Origin: a phage | Sequence record: PX393109.1 | DNA length: 64,000 nt | Direction: 5' to 3' (one strand) | Part shown: positions 1-9,323 of the stretch, in pieces | Position numbering within the stretch: position 1 is the stretch's first letter | Layout: each line of letters starts with the position of its first letter | Notes under the pieces: generated by a model | The model's database searches: none | The model's input: the letters and a program-made list of their open reading frames with translations, nothing else | Told to the model about the DNA's origin: nothing | Position numbers and translations under genes: made by a program

Positions 1-756
1 CTCGACGAGCTGAACGAATACAATCACTGGAAATACGGTCTGAAGTACAACATCCTGTTCTACTTCTTCCTGCAGAAAACCGACACTCCGTCTGATAACT
101 GGAAGCCGAATACTCTGTATGCGGTGATCGGTAACGGTAAGGTGGCTAACGCACTGACCGACTTCATTACGGCGCTGGCGGAAGACTCTCCGGAAGTTCT
201 GGAAGGTATGCTGGATAAAGACATCAAAGGCTCTCCGGTTAAGATTACCGTAGTACGTGGTAATCAGGGTTCTGTAACCTTCACTCCGCTGTTCAGCAAA
301 GCTGATCCGGTAGTTGCAGATCAGACCTACCAGCCGCTGGCTCAGGCGTACATCCGTGAAGGCTTCGACAAAGACAAATACGTAGGTCTGGTCAAGCGTG
401 TCCGTAAAGATCTGGACGAAATTCGTTCCCAGCGTAAGGCTAAAGGTCTGCCGCTGGTTGGCGAAGATGGCTTCGAAGAGCTTAAAGCTGAAGAAGAGGC
501 TAAGGCCGAAGAATCTAAGGAAGAGTCCGGTGATCAGAAAGCCGACGACAAATCTGACGCTAAGTCTGATGTTAAGTCCGACGCGAGCTCTGCCGAAGAT
601 AAGTCTGAAGATAAAGGCGAGTCTAAAGAAGACGCTGCTGACGACAAATCTGACGCCAAATCTGAAGATAAAACTGAAGATGCCGGCGACGATAAGTCTG
701 ACGAAGACAAAGAAGAAGGTGGTGCTGCCTCTCGCTTCGCCAAATTCCGTAAATAA
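1..756 (+). CDS. hypothetical protein, 5' partial (continues upstream of window); Lys/Ser/Asp/Glu-rich low-complexity C-terminal tail; possible ssDNA-binding/accessory protein
   Basis: Open frame from window edge to TAA at 754-756; C-terminal KSDAKSD-type repeats; followed by hairpin terminator. Function is inference only. Confidence 0.5.
   Translation, partial: LDELNEYNHWKYGLKYNILFYFFLQKTDTPSDNWKPNTLYAVIGNGKVANALTDFITALAEDSPEVLEGMLDKDIKGSPVKITVVRGNQGSVTFTPLFSKADPVVADQTYQPLAQAYIREGFDKDKYVGLVKRVRKDLDEIRSQRKAKGLPLVGEDGFEELKAEEEAKAEESKEESGDQKADDKSDAKSDVKSDASSAEDKSEDKGESKEDAADDKSDAKSEDKTEDAGDDKSDEDKEEGGAASRFAKFRK
532..714 (+). repeat. imperfect tandem coding repeat (AAR-TCT-GAC type units encoding K-S-D/E-D-K)
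   Basis: Repeated gacgacaaatctgacgc / aagtctga units visible in sequence; gives rise to spurious alternative-frame ORFs 398..760(+) and 534..743(-). Confidence 0.6.
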
Positions 757-769
757 TTAATTAACTAAT

Positions 770-795
770 AAAGGGACTTCGGTCCCTTTATTTTT
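770..795 (+). terminator. rho-independent terminator (GGGAC-TTCG-GTCCC + T-run)
   Basis: Perfect hairpin with UUCG tetraloop followed by tttattttt. Confidence 0.7.
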
Positions 796-812
796 GACGC
801 TCTAGGTAGACT

Positions 813-1670
813 ATGAATGATATACCGTTAATACCAGTCGATTGTCAGTGGTTGACGCTTCGTAACTGGTTCGCAGCCGGTAAGTCTCAGGATTTAGGTC
901 CTACAGTCGCCTCTACTATCGGTAGTGTAGCGAAGTTGATTAAGGAAGACGGATATAGCTCCGAACTAATCATGCTGTACGATCGGGGTAAGTGGCGATA
1001 CAGACCTAAGGATAAGAATCCAGAGTATAAGGCCAATCGTGAGTACGACGAGAGTTTCGAAGCATTGTGGGCTGCTATGAATGTTCTTCACGAGCAGATC
1101 TTCCCGTCGCTGGGTATTAAATGTATCCAGGTGTCTGGTGTGGAAGCCGATGATTTAGGCTACTACTATGCTCATTCTGGTCGTCCGGTCATGTTACACT
1201 CACGAGACCGAGACTGGTACTTATCCATTAATGAGAATACTTGTGTCCTGAATCCGGATGATGGTTTAGTAGATCTTCCCTGGTTGATGAAGACCTACGA
1301 TCTGGATGATCATAAGGATTACCTCATCTACAAAGCCATCGTCGGGGACGGCTCCGACAACATTCCAGGAGTGGCTACTGGCTTGAAGACTGTTAAGGAA
1401 GCGATTAACGCTTACAAAGATGGTTCGCTAAGCCAATCGGTAGAGTTCCGTGTTCGTTCCAATATGGAGCTAATGCGACTCGACAGGATTCTGACTGATA
1501 CCGAAGTCCACAACATCATTAAGGAGCAGGAGTCTAAGGTACAGATGCAACAGCGTATCTTACCGACTCTGGAAGAGTTCTGTCCAGGTCACAGATTTCC
1601 TCCGTATTTCCATGGTGTACTGGGTAAGTACAACAGATGCGTTACGGCTAAGATACTGGAGTCGGCATGA
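813..1670 (+). CDS. 5'-3' exonuclease / flap endonuclease (FEN family)
   Basis: H3TH-type motif IVGDGSDNIPGV and acidic metal-binding clusters typical of T5 D15/T4 RNase H/Pol I 5' nuclease domain. Confidence 0.8.
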   Translation: MNDIPLIPVDCQWLTLRNWFAAGKSQDLGPTVASTIGSVAKLIKEDGYSSELIMLYDRGKWRYRPKDKNPEYKANREYDESFEALWAAMNVLHEQIFPSLGIKCIQVSGVEADDLGYYYAHSGRPVMLHSRDRDWYLSINENTCVLNPDDGLVDLPWLMKTYDLDDHKDYLIYKAIVGDGSDNIPGVATGLKTVKEAINAYKDGSLSQSVEFRVRSNMELMRLDRILTDTEVHNIIKEQESKVQMQQRILPTLEEFCPGHRFPPYFHGVLGKYNRCVTAKILESA

Positions 1671-4432
1671 AAATGTTAATTGCTGCTGATATTCATATTC
1701 ATGAGTTTCAGCAACATAACTCGGAAGGGTTTCGGCTAAAGCAGTTTATCAGATTGGCTCATCGTATGGTGGAGATGGGTAAGGAACATAAAGTTACTTG
1801 CCTATCTATCGCTGGCGACTTGGTGCATAAGGCTCAGCACGAGCCTAAGATTGCACATGCTACTTCCCAGTTTATGGACATCCTCGGTGAGCAGTTCTCC
1901 GAGATTTACTACATTCTGGGTAACCACGACATTAACTCCAAATCGGTAGATGCTGATCACTATCAGAACTCGCTGGTGCCGATCCTGGCTGGTAAGGCGG
2001 AGTATGTCGATGGTAAGATCCTGAACTTAGGTGGCCGTAAGGTCGCCTTCAGCGACTGGCGTCCGACTCAGGACTTTAGCTTCATCCAGGATAAAGTAGA
2101 TGTCCTAATCGGCCATATTACCCTGTCCTCGATGTTCGGTCAGGAGTTCGACGATACTAAGTACGATCTGGGATTTGCGGGTGACATCCACCGTCCTATC
2201 AGCATCGGTCATACTCACTCGGTGAACGTGCCTATTCCTCATGGGATGGGTGATAGTCAGGAAGGCAGTCTGGTACTGCTGGATCTCAAAGATCTTTCCT
2301 GGCAGCGGGTTCCGGTAGAGTCTGATTCCTTTAAGTACTTAAAGATGTACTGGGAAGATGAGGTTCCTGTCGGATTGGACAATTACCCACATCTGGTAGT
2401 TCGTGAACGAGCTCAGATGATGGATGCTTCACGCATCTCGGTTAAGTCTATTGATGTCGAAGAAGTTATCGATAAAGTCGTTCGGGCTAAAGGTCTTAAA
2501 GATATCCATGATGAGATGTCTACCCACGTTGATCGTTCCGAGTCGGTATTCGACCTCAACTTTACCTTAAATAGCATTAAGGTAGAGAACTTCCGTAGCA
2601 TCGATAAGTTGGAGCTGGACTTTAAGAAAGGTCTGACTTATCTCTACGGCGAAACCGGTAATGGTAAATCCTCGCTGTTACGAGCTCTGAACTACTGCTT
2701 AACTGGTAGCGACAGTCCTCGTAACGTGGTGAGACTCGGTCAGGACCATCTTCTGGTAGAAGTGATGCTGGAGTATGGTGGTCGTGAATTCCTGATCAGT
2801 CGCCATTGGGCTGGTGGTCAGACGTTCCGAGTCTGGATTGATGGCGATGAGATGGATGGCGGAAGTATTCGTGAGCGTGAAGCTAAGCTCTGGGAGATGC
2901 TGCCATTCCTCGAACACTTCGATCTTCTGTACCGCTCCCAGAACAGTCCTCCGTTCCTTAGCCAGTTCGGATTCAACGAGCGTATCAACCTGATAACGAA
3001 GATGCTTGGTCTTACCGTAATTAACCAGTACGAAGCTGTCGCAAAGGCCTCGGCTAAGAACTGTAAGGTAGAGATCGGTAATCTCCAGACTCAGGTTACT
3101 GCTCAGGAAGAAGTCCTTAAGACGATGGAGGATCACGATTTCTCCAGACTCAAGGACGTAAGTGATCTGGAAGAGGCTAAATCCCGAATCCTTCCTCAGA
3201 TTGATGATATTCGTCAGAAGATCCGGGAGCTGGGTAATTTGGATAGTAAGCTACAGAGTCTTCAGATGTTGGAAGACTCGCTGGCTGCGTTCAATATAGA
3301 CTTTAGCGAAGAAGAGGTTAACTCCGCACTCGCTAATGTCCGTGGCGAAATTACTCTGCTAGATGCCGAAGTGTCGGAAGTAGAAGGGAATATTCGTTCG
3401 CTCCATAACCAGAGCGAATCTCTAACTAAGGAGTTGACTCGTCTGGAACAGGAGTTGACTAAGTTAGAGACAGAAATGCGGAATATTCCCACTACCTGTC
3501 CTACCTGTAAACAGTCTCTTAAGGAAGAGGACATTAAGCAGGTACAGAGCTCTATCAGAAGTAAGATGGATGAGCTCGAGACACAGGGATCTGTATCTGT
3601 GTCTAAGTTGGATGCTGTGGAAGCTGAGATAAGTAAGGCTCCTAAGTCTGATGAAATCCGACAGAAGCTGGCTCTTAAGAATAACGAATTAGTCGAACTC
3701 CGTCGTAAGTCCGGTCTGCTAAACGATGTGGCCACTCTTCGCCAGAAGATTCATACCGTCAATAGCGATGTGGAAGTGCTTAAGAATAAGACTAAGTCCT
3801 ATTCCTCCGTGCAAGTTCTGGAAGAGGAAGTCGCTAAGCTGGAACAAGAGCTTATCGAGATTAACTCCACTATCGGAGCTATGGCTACTCTTCGTAGTCT
3901 TAAGTCTCGTATGGACGATGCTCAGACGAAGCTGGATAAGGCTAACTCTGAGCTGGCTACTCTTCAGCCTAAGTATCAGAAGCTGGTGGAGTATCAGAAT
4001 CTGTTCACTAATAGCGGTGACGTAACTGCTTCTATCTTTAAGGAAGTGGCTGCGATGATGACTGGTGGTGATATGGTCATCTCTACCGTTCGTGAACAGG
4101 CTAATGGAAATATCAAGATTGACTTTGATGTTCAATACAAAGTCGGTGAGTTCCTGATTCCGTATTCTGATCTCTCTGGTGGTCAGCAGAACCTGGTGGA
4201 CGTACTGTTCATCGGTAAGCTGATTAGCCTTAGTAAAGGTGCTGGATGCCTGATTCTGGATGAGTCGTTGAAGAATCTGGATGTGAATACTCTGGACATA
4301 GCTATCGATGCTCTCCAGGACATTCCGGTTAATCACATCATCCTGGTTACTCATGTACCTACGTTCCAGAGATATAATACTAAAATCGGTGCCTACCTTT
4401 CCAATAACGTAACTACGTTTATGGAAGAGTAG
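1667..4432 (+). CDS. fused SbcD(Mre11)-like nuclease / SbcC(Rad50)-like ATPase
   Basis: N-term calcineurin-like phosphoesterase motifs (ADIHIHE, GDLVH, GNHD); then Walker A GETGNGKSS, coiled-coil region with CPTC zinc-hook-like motif, signature LSGGQQ and Walker B LILDE at C-term. Confidence 0.75.
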   Translation: MKMLIAADIHIHEFQQHNSEGFRLKQFIRLAHRMVEMGKEHKVTCLSIAGDLVHKAQHEPKIAHATSQFMDILGEQFSEIYYILGNHDINSKSVDADHYQNSLVPILAGKAEYVDGKILNLGGRKVAFSDWRPTQDFSFIQDKVDVLIGHITLSSMFGQEFDDTKYDLGFAGDIHRPISIGHTHSVNVPIPHGMGDSQEGSLVLLDLKDLSWQRVPVESDSFKYLKMYWEDEVPVGLDNYPHLVVRERAQMMDASRISVKSIDVEEVIDKVVRAKGLKDIHDEMSTHVDRSESVFDLNFTLNSIKVENFRSIDKLELDFKKGLTYLYGETGNGKSSLLRALNYCLTGSDSPRNVVRLGQDHLLVEVMLEYGGREFLISRHWAGGQTFRVWIDGDEMDGGSIREREAKLWEMLPFLEHFDLLYRSQNSPPFLSQFGFNERINLITKMLGLTVINQYEAVAKASAKNCKVEIGNLQTQVTAQEEVLKTMEDHDFSRLKDVSDLEEAKSRILPQIDDIRQKIRELGNLDSKLQSLQMLEDSLAAFNIDFSEEEVNSALANVRGEITLLDAEVSEVEGNIRSLHNQSESLTKELTRLEQELTKLETEMRNIPTTCPTCKQSLKEEDIKQVQSSIRSKMDELETQGSVSVSKLDAVEAEISKAPKSDEIRQKLALKNNELVELRRKSGLLNDVATLRQKIHTVNSDVEVLKNKTKSYSSVQVLEEEVAKLEQELIEINSTIGAMATLRSLKSRMDDAQTKLDKANSELATLQPKYQKLVEYQNLFTNSGDVTASIFKEVAAMMTGGDMVISTVREQANGNIKIDFDVQYKVGEFLIPYSDLSGGQQNLVDVLFIGKLISLSKGAGCLILDESLKNLDVNTLDIAIDALQDIPVNHIILVTHVPTFQRYNTKIGAYLSNNVTTFMEE

Positions 4433-4436
4433 TTAG

Positions 4437-4462
4437 ATGGGGTCTTCGGACCCCATTTTTGT
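4437..4462 (+). terminator. rho-independent terminator (GGGGTC-TTCG-GACCCC + T-run)
   Basis: Hairpin plus atttttg directly after stop of 1667..4432. Confidence 0.7.
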
Positions 4463-4470
4463 GTAGATTA

Positions 4471-4560
4471 TTTTATTTTTCAAATAATGAAAAATAAAAC
4501 GATTTATGAGCCGTCTTTAAGCCCGTTCTTTTGGGTGGCGGGGCGTTCCCGCTGCGGCTC
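4471..4560 (+). promoter_or_regulatory. class B conserved intergenic element (TTTTTCAAATAA...AAAGCCCGTTCTTTTGGGTGGGGCG + GC-rich segment)
   Basis: One of 6 near-identical elements; upstream of small gene 4581..4823 with leader TAATTTGGGATAAAATC-ATG. Confidence 0.55.
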
Positions 4561-4580
4561 TTCTAATTTGGGATAAAATC

Positions 4581-4823
4581 ATGGCTATAATCAAAAGTTC
4601 ACGTGGTGGTGCTGTTCTGGTTGCAATCGCTAACTCTGCTGAAATTCAGCACACCCCAGGCCTCGATACAAAGTTCAATGTTCACTTCTCTAGCCAAATC
4701 GGTGGTTATGACTCCAGCTTCAATACCCTGTTCGAAGCGGTTATGGAATGCGCTAAGTTTTCCTGCAAATTTGATGCAGAAGAAGTGGCCGAGTTCCTGA
4801 AAGTCACAGGGGAAGCTGCATAA
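4581..4823 (+). CDS. hypothetical small protein (80 aa)
   Basis: ATG preceded by class B element and GGGAT SD-like leader. Confidence 0.5.
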   Translation: MAIIKSSRGGAVLVAIANSAEIQHTPGLDTKFNVHFSSQIGGYDSSFNTLFEAVMECAKFSCKFDAEEVAEFLKVTGEAA

Positions 4824-5086
4824 TGGTTAAGCTTCTCGAAGTCACTAAATTCAATACGGTGGTGGTTATGTCGGTAAACCTGAAATGCGCCATTGTATAT
4901 TACCCTAACCAGGATCAGTACGAAGTGGTTAAGGAGCCCATGAAGGAAGCTCGTGTGGTTATGTCGACCGAATCTGGTCGCTTCGCCAGGGAAATGGCTA
5001 AGGAGTTGGACTCCTTCTTTAATGGAACTCTGGATGAGTTCTTTGAGCTGTCTGGTTGGTACGCTCTTCCAGAACCGCTCCTTTGA
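4823..5086 (+). CDS. hypothetical protein (87 aa)
   Basis: ORF with ATGG overlap to upstream stop; class A motif overlaps its 3' end. Confidence 0.45.
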   Translation: MVKLLEVTKFNTVVVMSVNLKCAIVYYPNQDQYEVVKEPMKEARVVMSTESGRFAREMAKELDSFFNGTLDEFFELSGWYALPEPLL

Positions 5087-5110
5087 GCCCTCCAAAGGCT
5101 GTTAAACTGT
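5075..5110 (+). promoter_or_regulatory. class A conserved promoter-like motif (CCGCTCTTT-N~9-AAAGGCTGTTAA-RNTGT), copy 1
   Basis: Motif recurs 16 times, always + strand and 25-90 nt upstream of a start codon. Confidence 0.6.
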
Positions 5111-5141
5111 GCGAGCTTATTTAAACCTGACCGGAGAAACT

Positions 5142-7127
5142 ATGTCAGAACATGCTATTGAAATCACAAGATTGCGTTACCCTGATAACGTTCGTCAGAA
5201 CGTGTCGATGTATCTGGGCGACCCGATTAACTACACTCATCCTCTCCAGGAAATAATCAATAACGCGGAGGATGAGCTGCTTAATGGTCATGCCAACCTG
5301 GTGCAGATCATTAACCGTGAATCCTATAAATTGGTTACCGACAACGGTCGCGGCATTCCTATCTACGCTGATCCGGAAGATCCGACTAAGTCAATCCTGT
5401 TCTCTACTGTAACAGATCTTCACGCAGGTTCCAAGCTGGGTGATAACCGCGAAATCACTTCCGGTACTCACGGTGTAGGTAGCTCTGCTGTTAACGCAGT
5501 GTCTGAGCGCTTTATCGTGATTCGCCGTGTTATGCAGGGTGATAAGGCACACATCCCTATGGAGCCTGGTCAGTTCTACGTGCTTGGCTTCCGTCGTGGT
5601 ATCATGCAGATTGATGCCGTAATCAATGATCTGAACGATCTTCACGATGACGGTATTCCGGATGAAGTGCTGGAGACCTTAAAGGCTACTGACTTCTCTA
5701 CAGCAGTCTTCCTGGTTCCTGATGCTACTCTGTACCGCAGCATCTGGTCTGATGTGGACACGGTTCCTCTGAAGATCTCCCTGATTGGTCGAGATGCCAC
5801 TATCACCGTAAATGGTGAAGCTCTGGCTACCTGGGACTTCCGTGCGGATGTTGCCGAAAATGAGAAGCTGTTCCTGGACTCTACTGTTAAGTATGAGTTC
5901 TCGTTCAACGATCGTCTGACATTCTCCGGAGAGCTGGGCTATTCTGATAAGAATATGTCTTACTCCCACGTGGACATGATCAACTTGATCAATAACCCGC
6001 ATGGTGGTCTGCATGAGAAATTGGTCACGAGAGCGCTCGGCGGCATGCTGAATAAAATCAACTCGGCCATCACTGTTGGTGATGCTAAGCTGGGTCTGAT
6101 CGTGTTCACTAACGTCTTCTCCAGCTACCGTACTGCATTCTCCTCCCAGACTAAGGAGAAGCTGACTGGTCTCGGTATGTCCTGGAGCGACTGGGAAATC
6201 TATGCCAAGAATCAGCTGATGCTGGATGATGAGCAGATCAATGATTACGACTATTATGGCGAGTACTTCTTCTATGAGAAAGAATGCCTTAGTCAGCTCA
6301 CATTCTACTTCAGCCTGGTTTATGAGCAGAATAAGCAGTTCTTCGATGCTCTGATTGCCAAGATCCTGGCTTACAAAGCCAGCCTGAATAAACTCTCCAA
6401 CATGGACTTCATTAAATCCAAGCTGGTGATGGGTGACGATCATCGTAAGGCCGCTATGGACGGAGACATGGCGAAGATCTACGAATCTCCGTCTGACCGC
6501 TGGGATCTTCGTGAACTGTTCATCACAGAGGGTCCGTCTGCTTCGGGTAACATCATCAAACTGCGTAACGAGTATCAGTCGGTGCTTCCGCTCCGTGGTA
6601 AGATGCGTAACTCGGCTTCCATGGATATTATGGAGTTCGTGAATAACCCAGAACTGCTGGCGATCATTAACACTATCGGCTGCGGCATGGGTTCTATGTT
6701 CGACCTGGATAAAGCACGCTACGGTAAGGTCATCATTATGACTGACCTGGATGTGGATGGTCAGCACATCAGTAATCTCATCAGTTCAATCTTCCTCATC
6801 CATGCTCCTGAGCTGGTTAAGGATGGTCGTCTGTATAAACTCGAAGCTCCGTTCTATGTGGTCAAGAACGGTAAGAAGACCGAGTTCTACTACGCCGATG
6901 AGAAGGATAAGATCGACTTCGATAAGTCCTATGTCGAACGTCGTAAGGGTCTCGGTTCCTACACAGAGGAAGAGACTGAGCAGTTCATCGTGAATGCGAA
7001 GACTCGCCGTCTTATCCAGGTCACCTACGATGATAACGAAGAGCATCTCGATGCCGCTCGTAAATTGTTGTACTCATCTCGTGCTCGTCGCCAACTGTTA
7101 GAAGACTACGGTCTGTTTAAGGAGTAA
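5142..7127 (+). CDS. type II DNA topoisomerase large subunit (GyrB-like ATPase + Toprim; T4 gp39-like)
   Basis: GHKL ATPase boxes (NNAEDE, DNGRGIP, GTHGVGSS) and Toprim LRGK...YGKVIIMTDLDVDGQHI. Start moved to ATG 5142 (track start 5109 is GTG). Confidence 0.8.
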   Translation: MSEHAIEITRLRYPDNVRQNVSMYLGDPINYTHPLQEIINNAEDELLNGHANLVQIINRESYKLVTDNGRGIPIYADPEDPTKSILFSTVTDLHAGSKLGDNREITSGTHGVGSSAVNAVSERFIVIRRVMQGDKAHIPMEPGQFYVLGFRRGIMQIDAVINDLNDLHDDGIPDEVLETLKATDFSTAVFLVPDATLYRSIWSDVDTVPLKISLIGRDATITVNGEALATWDFRADVAENEKLFLDSTVKYEFSFNDRLTFSGELGYSDKNMSYSHVDMINLINNPHGGLHEKLVTRALGGMLNKINSAITVGDAKLGLIVFTNVFSSYRTAFSSQTKEKLTGLGMSWSDWEIYAKNQLMLDDEQINDYDYYGEYFFYEKECLSQLTFYFSLVYEQNKQFFDALIAKILAYKASLNKLSNMDFIKSKLVMGDDHRKAAMDGDMAKIYESPSDRWDLRELFITEGPSASGNIIKLRNEYQSVLPLRGKMRNSASMDIMEFVNNPELLAIINTIGCGMGSMFDLDKARYGKVIIMTDLDVDGQHISNLISSIFLIHAPELVKDGRLYKLEAPFYVVKNGKKTEFYYADEKDKIDFDKSYVERRKGLGSYTEEETEQFIVNAKTRRLIQVTYDDNEEHLDAARKLLYSSRARRQLLEDYGLFKE

Positions 7128-7129
7128 TT

Positions 7130-8377
7130 ATGGAACAGGTAAAGATTTCTGAATTCATCACCAAGAACTACACTGACTACAGTGTGTACTGTGCTCTTCA
7201 TCGTGTAGTTCCTGGTATCGATGGCCTGATTCCTGCTCAGCGTCGTATCTACATGGCGCTGAATAGCATTGCTCGCGGGAAGCTGGTTGGGACTCTGAGT
7301 GCTATCTCCGAGACTCAGTCGCTCCACCCATTCGGCGACCAGTCTATCGATGGAACTATCTCTCGTCTGGCTCGTATCGGAGCTATTGATGGTCAGGGTT
7401 CCTTCGGTGTGAAACTGTTGGAAGAAGTACCTGGTGCGGCTCCTCGTTACACGAAGGTTGGCCTGAACGAAGATCGTGCAGAGTACTACTTCGGCTTAGC
7501 GGACTATGTTCCGCAGGTGGAAGGTGAAGAGAAGATGGAATATGCGTACCTTCCGGTGCCGATTCCGTATGCTCTGATGTACGGTACCTTCTCATGGGCT
7601 ACGGGGATTCAGTCTCGTATTCCAGCGTTCACCTATGAGTCACTGCTGGATGCTTATGAGCATGATGACTACAATCTGCTTAAGGCTCAGTACGGTTACG
7701 ATATCGTGCCTGCTAAGTCTGACCTTAAGCAGCTGTGGGAAACTGGTGTAGGTCGCCTCGGTCTTAGCCTTAAGGTGACTCGTGTCAATACCGATACCAT
7801 CGACATCATCGGGTCTGGTGAGGTGATTACTCCTCGCATCGGCTTCCTGAATAAGTGGCTGTCCGAAGGTAAGATCCTGGTCAAGAACATGTCCAAGGAT
7901 AAGATCTATATCCGAGTAATGAAGGCTCCACGTATCAGAACCATCGATATGGACGAGGTTCACGAAGCATGCATGAATATTGCTTACATGAACCGCTCGC
8001 ATCGTATCCAGGTAGCTTATAATGGCCAATTGGTGACGATGGGTATTCGCGACTGGATTGCAGTCACGATGGCTCTCTACAATCAGGCATTCTCCGTCCA
8101 TAAGACTGAGTCGCTTAAGAAGATTGACCGAGACATCGAGATTTACCAGATTCTTCCTAAAGTGGGCGAGCTGGTTATGCAGGATAAGTCTGATGCTCAG
8201 ATCATCAAAGCTCTCGGTATTACCCAGGAAGTGTTGAATTCCTGCCTTAGCCGTAGCATTAGCATGTTGCGTAAGAAAGATCACGACGACCGCATTGCTA
8301 ATCTGCAAGAGCGTCGTGCTAAGGTAGAGAATCAGACTTCTGATGAGATGATTCAGAAGATGATCGGTAAACTGTAA
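7130..8377 (+). CDS. type II DNA topoisomerase DNA-cleavage subunit (GyrA N-terminal-like; T4 gp52-like)
   Basis: IPAQRRIYMAL and active-site-Tyr region AAPRYTKV resemble GyrA/ParC breakage-reunion domain. Confidence 0.75.
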   Translation: MEQVKISEFITKNYTDYSVYCALHRVVPGIDGLIPAQRRIYMALNSIARGKLVGTLSAISETQSLHPFGDQSIDGTISRLARIGAIDGQGSFGVKLLEEVPGAAPRYTKVGLNEDRAEYYFGLADYVPQVEGEEKMEYAYLPVPIPYALMYGTFSWATGIQSRIPAFTYESLLDAYEHDDYNLLKAQYGYDIVPAKSDLKQLWETGVGRLGLSLKVTRVNTDTIDIIGSGEVITPRIGFLNKWLSEGKILVKNMSKDKIYIRVMKAPRIRTIDMDEVHEACMNIAYMNRSHRIQVAYNGQLVTMGIRDWIAVTMALYNQAFSVHKTESLKKIDRDIEIYQILPKVGELVMQDKSDAQIIKALGITQEVLNSCLSRSISMLRKKDHDDRIANLQERRAKVENQTSDEMIQKMIGKL

Positions 8378-8382
8378 CTAAC

Positions 8383-8410
8383 TAGGGTGACTTCGGTCAC
8401 CCTAATTTTT
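8383..8410 (+). terminator. rho-independent terminator (TAGGGTGAC-TTCG-GTCACCCTA + T-run)
   Basis: Perfect 9-bp stem, UUCG loop, aattttt. Confidence 0.7.
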
Positions 8411-8424
8411 GGATATGTACAATA

Positions 8425-8460
8425 CCGCTTCTTTTACGGCTCCAAAGGCTGTTAAGGTGT
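8425..8460 (+). promoter_or_regulatory. class A conserved promoter-like motif, copy 2
   Basis: CCGCTTCTTTTACGGCTCCAAAGGCTGTTAAGGTGT upstream of 8482. Confidence 0.6.
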
Positions 8461-8481
8461 CGAAACTAATGAGGACAGAAC

Positions 8482-9222
8482 ATGTTTGGTAAACATATCG
8501 AGTGTAACTTCGTTCCTGGTACTAAGGTCACGAAGGCTTCACTGGGCAACGGAGGTACCTCCTACTTAGTCCAGAAGCACTTTCTCCAATGGATGCTCCG
8601 TAACGAAATTATCTCCGGGCCAATCCTGGATATGGGATTAGGTCGTGGAGAGATCGGTCTAGCTCTCCGTAACGCAGGATTCGAAGGTCAGATCACAGGT
8701 CTGGACATCTGCGAAGACTACATCAAAGGCAGTGTAAATGTATATAGCGATATCTACATCTGCAATATCGTTGAACTGCTGAAAGATCTTCCTATTGAAG
8801 AGCTGGATAAATTCGGCACTATTATCTGGCTAGATGTGTTGGAGCATCTGGATAGCGAAGATGGGCTTATGGTGTTGTCTAAGCTATTCCAGTCTAAGGC
8901 TAAAATCGTGATCGGTACTCCTAACTACGAGTATCGTCAGCGTGGTACGGAGACTAATCCTTTCGAGGAACATAAATCTCACTGGGACTGCCGACTCCTT
9001 ACCCAGTTTAATCCAGATCTCGCACTGTTCGATAACATTGGTGCTGCTACTTATCTGTGGGATCAATCGGATAAGACCGGTAATATTCCTCTGCTTAAGT
9101 ACGAGCAGTCTAAGGTACAGAAACGTGAAGTGCCTAAGCTGCTGGAAGATACCGGATTTGGTGAAGGAATCTGGGATGTAACAGCTAAGGTGAAGATAGC
9201 AGATCTCTCCGAATTAAAGTAA
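8482..9222 (+). CDS. class I SAM-dependent methyltransferase
   Basis: Motif I ILDMGLGRGEIG, acidic post-I GLDICEDY, motif II-like IIWLDVLEHL. Confidence 0.6.
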   Translation: MFGKHIECNFVPGTKVTKASLGNGGTSYLVQKHFLQWMLRNEIISGPILDMGLGRGEIGLALRNAGFEGQITGLDICEDYIKGSVNVYSDIYICNIVELLKDLPIEELDKFGTIIWLDVLEHLDSEDGLMVLSKLFQSKAKIVIGTPNYEYRQRGTETNPFEEHKSHWDCRLLTQFNPDLALFDNIGAATYLWDQSDKTGNIPLLKYEQSKVQKREVPKLLEDTGFGEGIWDVTAKVKIADLSELK

Positions 9223-9265
9223 TATATACATAGCCATCTTACGAGGTGGCTAGATATCTATTATT

Positions 9266-9301
9266 TCGCTCTTTTTAGGGTTCGAAAGGCTGTTAGGTTG
9301 T
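9266..9301 (+). promoter_or_regulatory. class A conserved promoter-like motif, copy 3 (GTTAGG variant)
   Basis: TCGCTCTTTTTAGGGTTCGAAAGGCTGTTAGGTTGT upstream of 9324. Confidence 0.55.
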
Positions 9302-9323
9302 ACAAGTTAACTGAGGAATTAAA

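Noticed and set aside
398-760. Alternative-frame ORFs (398..760 + and 534..743 -) across the KSD repeat region
   Set aside because: Produced by the repetitive low-complexity DNA; the frame continuous with upstream sequence and ending at 756 is the plausible gene.
3719-4354. 211-aa minus-strand ORF (and 2699..3136, 3262..3735) inside the SbcDC fusion gene
   Set aside because: Antisense to a gene with strong Walker A/B and signature motifs; Ser/Leu-rich junk-like translations; no translation signals.
5679-6767. 362-aa ORF on the minus strand inside the topoisomerase II large-subunit gene
   Set aside because: Lies entirely antisense within a gene with clear GHKL/Toprim motifs; no RBS or promoter motif; composition consistent with shadow ORF.
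7640-8308. 222-aa minus-strand ORF within the topoisomerase DNA-cleavage subunit gene
   Set aside because: Antisense shadow ORF; no independent support.
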